A stretch of DNA of 61,255 nt, filler included, from Alphaproteobacteria bacterium (GTDB taxonomy: Bacteria > Pseudomonadota > Alphaproteobacteria > Caedimonadales > UBA9215): the NCBI GenBank assembly GCA_024280495.1. It is 9 parts of 9 records of this genome, joined end to end, with 100 filler letters (N's around TTAATTAATTAA, not from the genome) between each part and the next. Parts side by side here need not be neighbours in the genome. Positions count along the whole stretch, not along the records: positions 57,693 to 61,255 come from JAJRPZ010000072.1; 8 more parts are not named here. The stretch is one strand, 5' to 3'. The notes beneath the pieces were generated by a model, which worked only from the letters and a program-made list of their open reading frames with translations, was not told the origin of the DNA and did not search any database. The position numbers were made by a program, and so were the translations under genes. This document shows, in pieces, positions 59,635-61,255 of this stretch; position 1 is the first letter of the stretch, and every line of letters begins with the position of its first letter.

Positions 59635-60824
59635 TAGATAACACCTATGATGTCGGCTGGAAGGGTATCAAGGGACATTAAAAAACGCAGTATAACTGAA
59701 ATACTTAACACGCCCCAAAAAGCAAATGCAGATAGTTGAATTTTTGTTTTAGCGGCAACAATTTTAAACACTGCATAGGTAATTAAAGCTGGGTATGTCA
59801 ACACAAGAACGTTTGAAATCCAGCCCGCCAGCCCGGAAAAACCAAGGAGGGAAAATGCATATCCAATAAGAAGCGTCACAATCAGGGTAAGGGACCTCGG
59901 TAATTTTTCATGAAGCATGTCTTTGTGAAGGAAATCAGCAAAAAGAACAGTAAGAATCGTAGACGTTGTTAAACACGCTAAGGCAATAACCACGGCTGCT
60001 AACGGAAGGGCAAAAGCCCCCAATGCCTGTTGGGCCACCACAACCAACAACTTTTCAGGGGAAACATCCGCAAGAAACGGCGCATATTTAGCCCCAAGAT
60101 AGACAAATCCCAAATAAACAGCTACCAATAAAAACGCCCCAAAAGAACAGGCTGTCAGACTTAATTTCTCAAGATTTTTTTTATCCTCATGGGTTGTTAA
60201 AGCCCCCGCGATATAAGCAACTGTGGTGGCAGAAAAGAAAAAAGCTGCCAATAAATCCATGGTTTGATAACCCTGGTTGATTCCAATGTGAAAAGCTCCC
60301 ATATCCGTTAGGGACGACGGTTTTGGGGTGTCGCCAAAAAATAAACCAAAAGTAATGAGGATAAAAATTCCAGCCAATAATAAAGGCGTCAAAAATGTCC
60401 CGATAATATCGATAACACGGGATTTATGCCAGGCAAGAAAACCCGTTAAAAAAGCAAAAATAGCATTAAATATAGGGGGAGAGAGCCCGCCAAAAACGAG
60501 ATCCACACCACCATGTGCGACAATGATGCAGCGTGGTAAAACGCCAAATGGTCCCATTAAAGACAGCATAGCAAAGGTCAAAATAAAGGCCGTTGGTGCC
60601 CCCAAAGTTTTAAAATATAAAACACGGTTTCCAGTATAGTAAATCATGGAAAGAAGACCTAGAAAGGGCAATAAAACGCCCGTTAAGATTAAACCAACGG
60701 AAGCGATATGAAATTGCGATAGGCTTTTAATGCCAACCATCAGTGGAAATACAAGGTTCCCCGATCCAAAAAACATGGAAAACATAGCAAAGCCAGCAAT
60801 CACAATAAGACGGGTATAGGGCAT
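59634..60824 (-). CDS. brnQ: Branched-chain amino acid:cation symporter, copy 1
   Basis: Same motifs; TAATG-coupled to copy 2. Confidence 0.93.
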   Translation of the reverse strand: MPYTRLIVIAGFAMFSMFFGSGNLVFPLMVGIKSLSQFHIASVGLILTGVLLPFLGLLSMIYYTGNRVLYFKTLGAPTAFILTFAMLSLMGPFGVLPRCIIVAHGGVDLVFGGLSPPIFNAIFAFLTGFLAWHKSRVIDIIGTFLTPLLLAGIFILITFGLFFGDTPKPSSLTDMGAFHIGINQGYQTMDLLAAFFFSATTVAYIAGALTTHEDKKNLEKLSLTACSFGAFLLVAVYLGFVYLGAKYAPFLADVSPEKLLVVVAQQALGAFALPLAAVVIALACLTTSTILTVLFADFLHKDMLHEKLPRSLTLIVTLLIGYAFSLLGFSGLAGWISNVLVLTYPALITYAVFKIVAAKTKIQLSAFAFWGVLSISVILRFLMSLDTLPADIIGVI

Positions 60825-60990
60825 TTATTTTAACTATTCATTGGAAATGAGCTATTTTGACATATTATTGAATATTTTGTCAACAAATCAATAGCAACCA
60901 TCCAGGACCACCTTATGAAAATTTGAACTTTATAAAAAGCCTCTTTGAGACCGTTTTACTCAGTCATCTTCACTCTATCATCAAAAAATT

Positions 60991-61255
60991 GGCTCTCCCT
61001 CAAATAATGTGGACCCTCTAATTCCTCTCAAACCCTTACCTAGAAAGGAATACATCATACCCCTCCGTGTCTAAGAAGAGGCGCCTAAATAGGCTTTTTC
61101 GTTATAAATTCCGTAGCATCTGCGCTTCATGGTCTTGATTTTGTTGTTAAACCCCTCAACAAATCCACTGGTATGTCGACCCTTAAAGTAGTTAGCAATG
61201 TGCTCTTGGTAGCGCGTCAATGTCTGGGCAAATCCATCAAAACAGAGAAGGTCAG
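60991..61255 (-). mobile_element. ISL3-family transposase 3' end (frameshifted) plus right IR
   Basis: Manual translation IANYFKGRHTSGFVEGFNNKIKTMKRRCYGIYNEK, then a shift to SLFRRLFLDTEGY; the element ends ...GGGAGAGCC. Confidence 0.85.

Noticed and set aside
60899..60917. AGGACCACCT as an IS3 right IR
   Set aside because: Only a 10-bp match to the reverse complement of the left IR, with no orfB sequence upstream

Overview
The window joins nine contigs with artificial 100-nt linkers (N44-TTAATTAATTAA-N44): 1-3538, 3639-6842, 6943-10133, 10234-13182, 13283-29221, 29322-37246, 37347-44678, 44779-57592 and 57693-61255. Gene neighbourhoods are therefore valid only within a contig. Contig 2 and contigs 5-9 look like an AT-rich, probably host-associated alphaproteobacterium (Holosporales/Rickettsiales-like; inference). 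They carry argS, ccmAB, dnaQ, rnj, rpoH, rbfA-truB-rpsO-pnp, gltX-cysS-fbaA, secA, secG-pyrG-kdsA, trcR, two brnQ genes, three tRNAs and a permuted two-piece tmRNA with an unusually long tag ORF. They also contain many decayed IS pieces (IS3, IS30, IS5, ISL3, ISKra4) and two families of ~105-bp TATAG...CTATA palindromic repeats. Contig 1 holds an RHH regulator, two methyltransferase-like genes and a GIY-YIG/helicase gene (restriction-modification-like). Contig 3 ends in a GIY-YIG nuclease. The most striking structure is contig 4, an integron cassette array. It has three attC sites with perfectly chained core sites and carries a TIR-domain cassette, a two-gene Zn-finger/wHTH plus methyltransferase cassette, and two paralogous orphan response-regulator cassettes. 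One of these is fused to an unrecognised output domain and the other is cut by an IS1595 element. All calls come from reading the sequence; no database searches were run.
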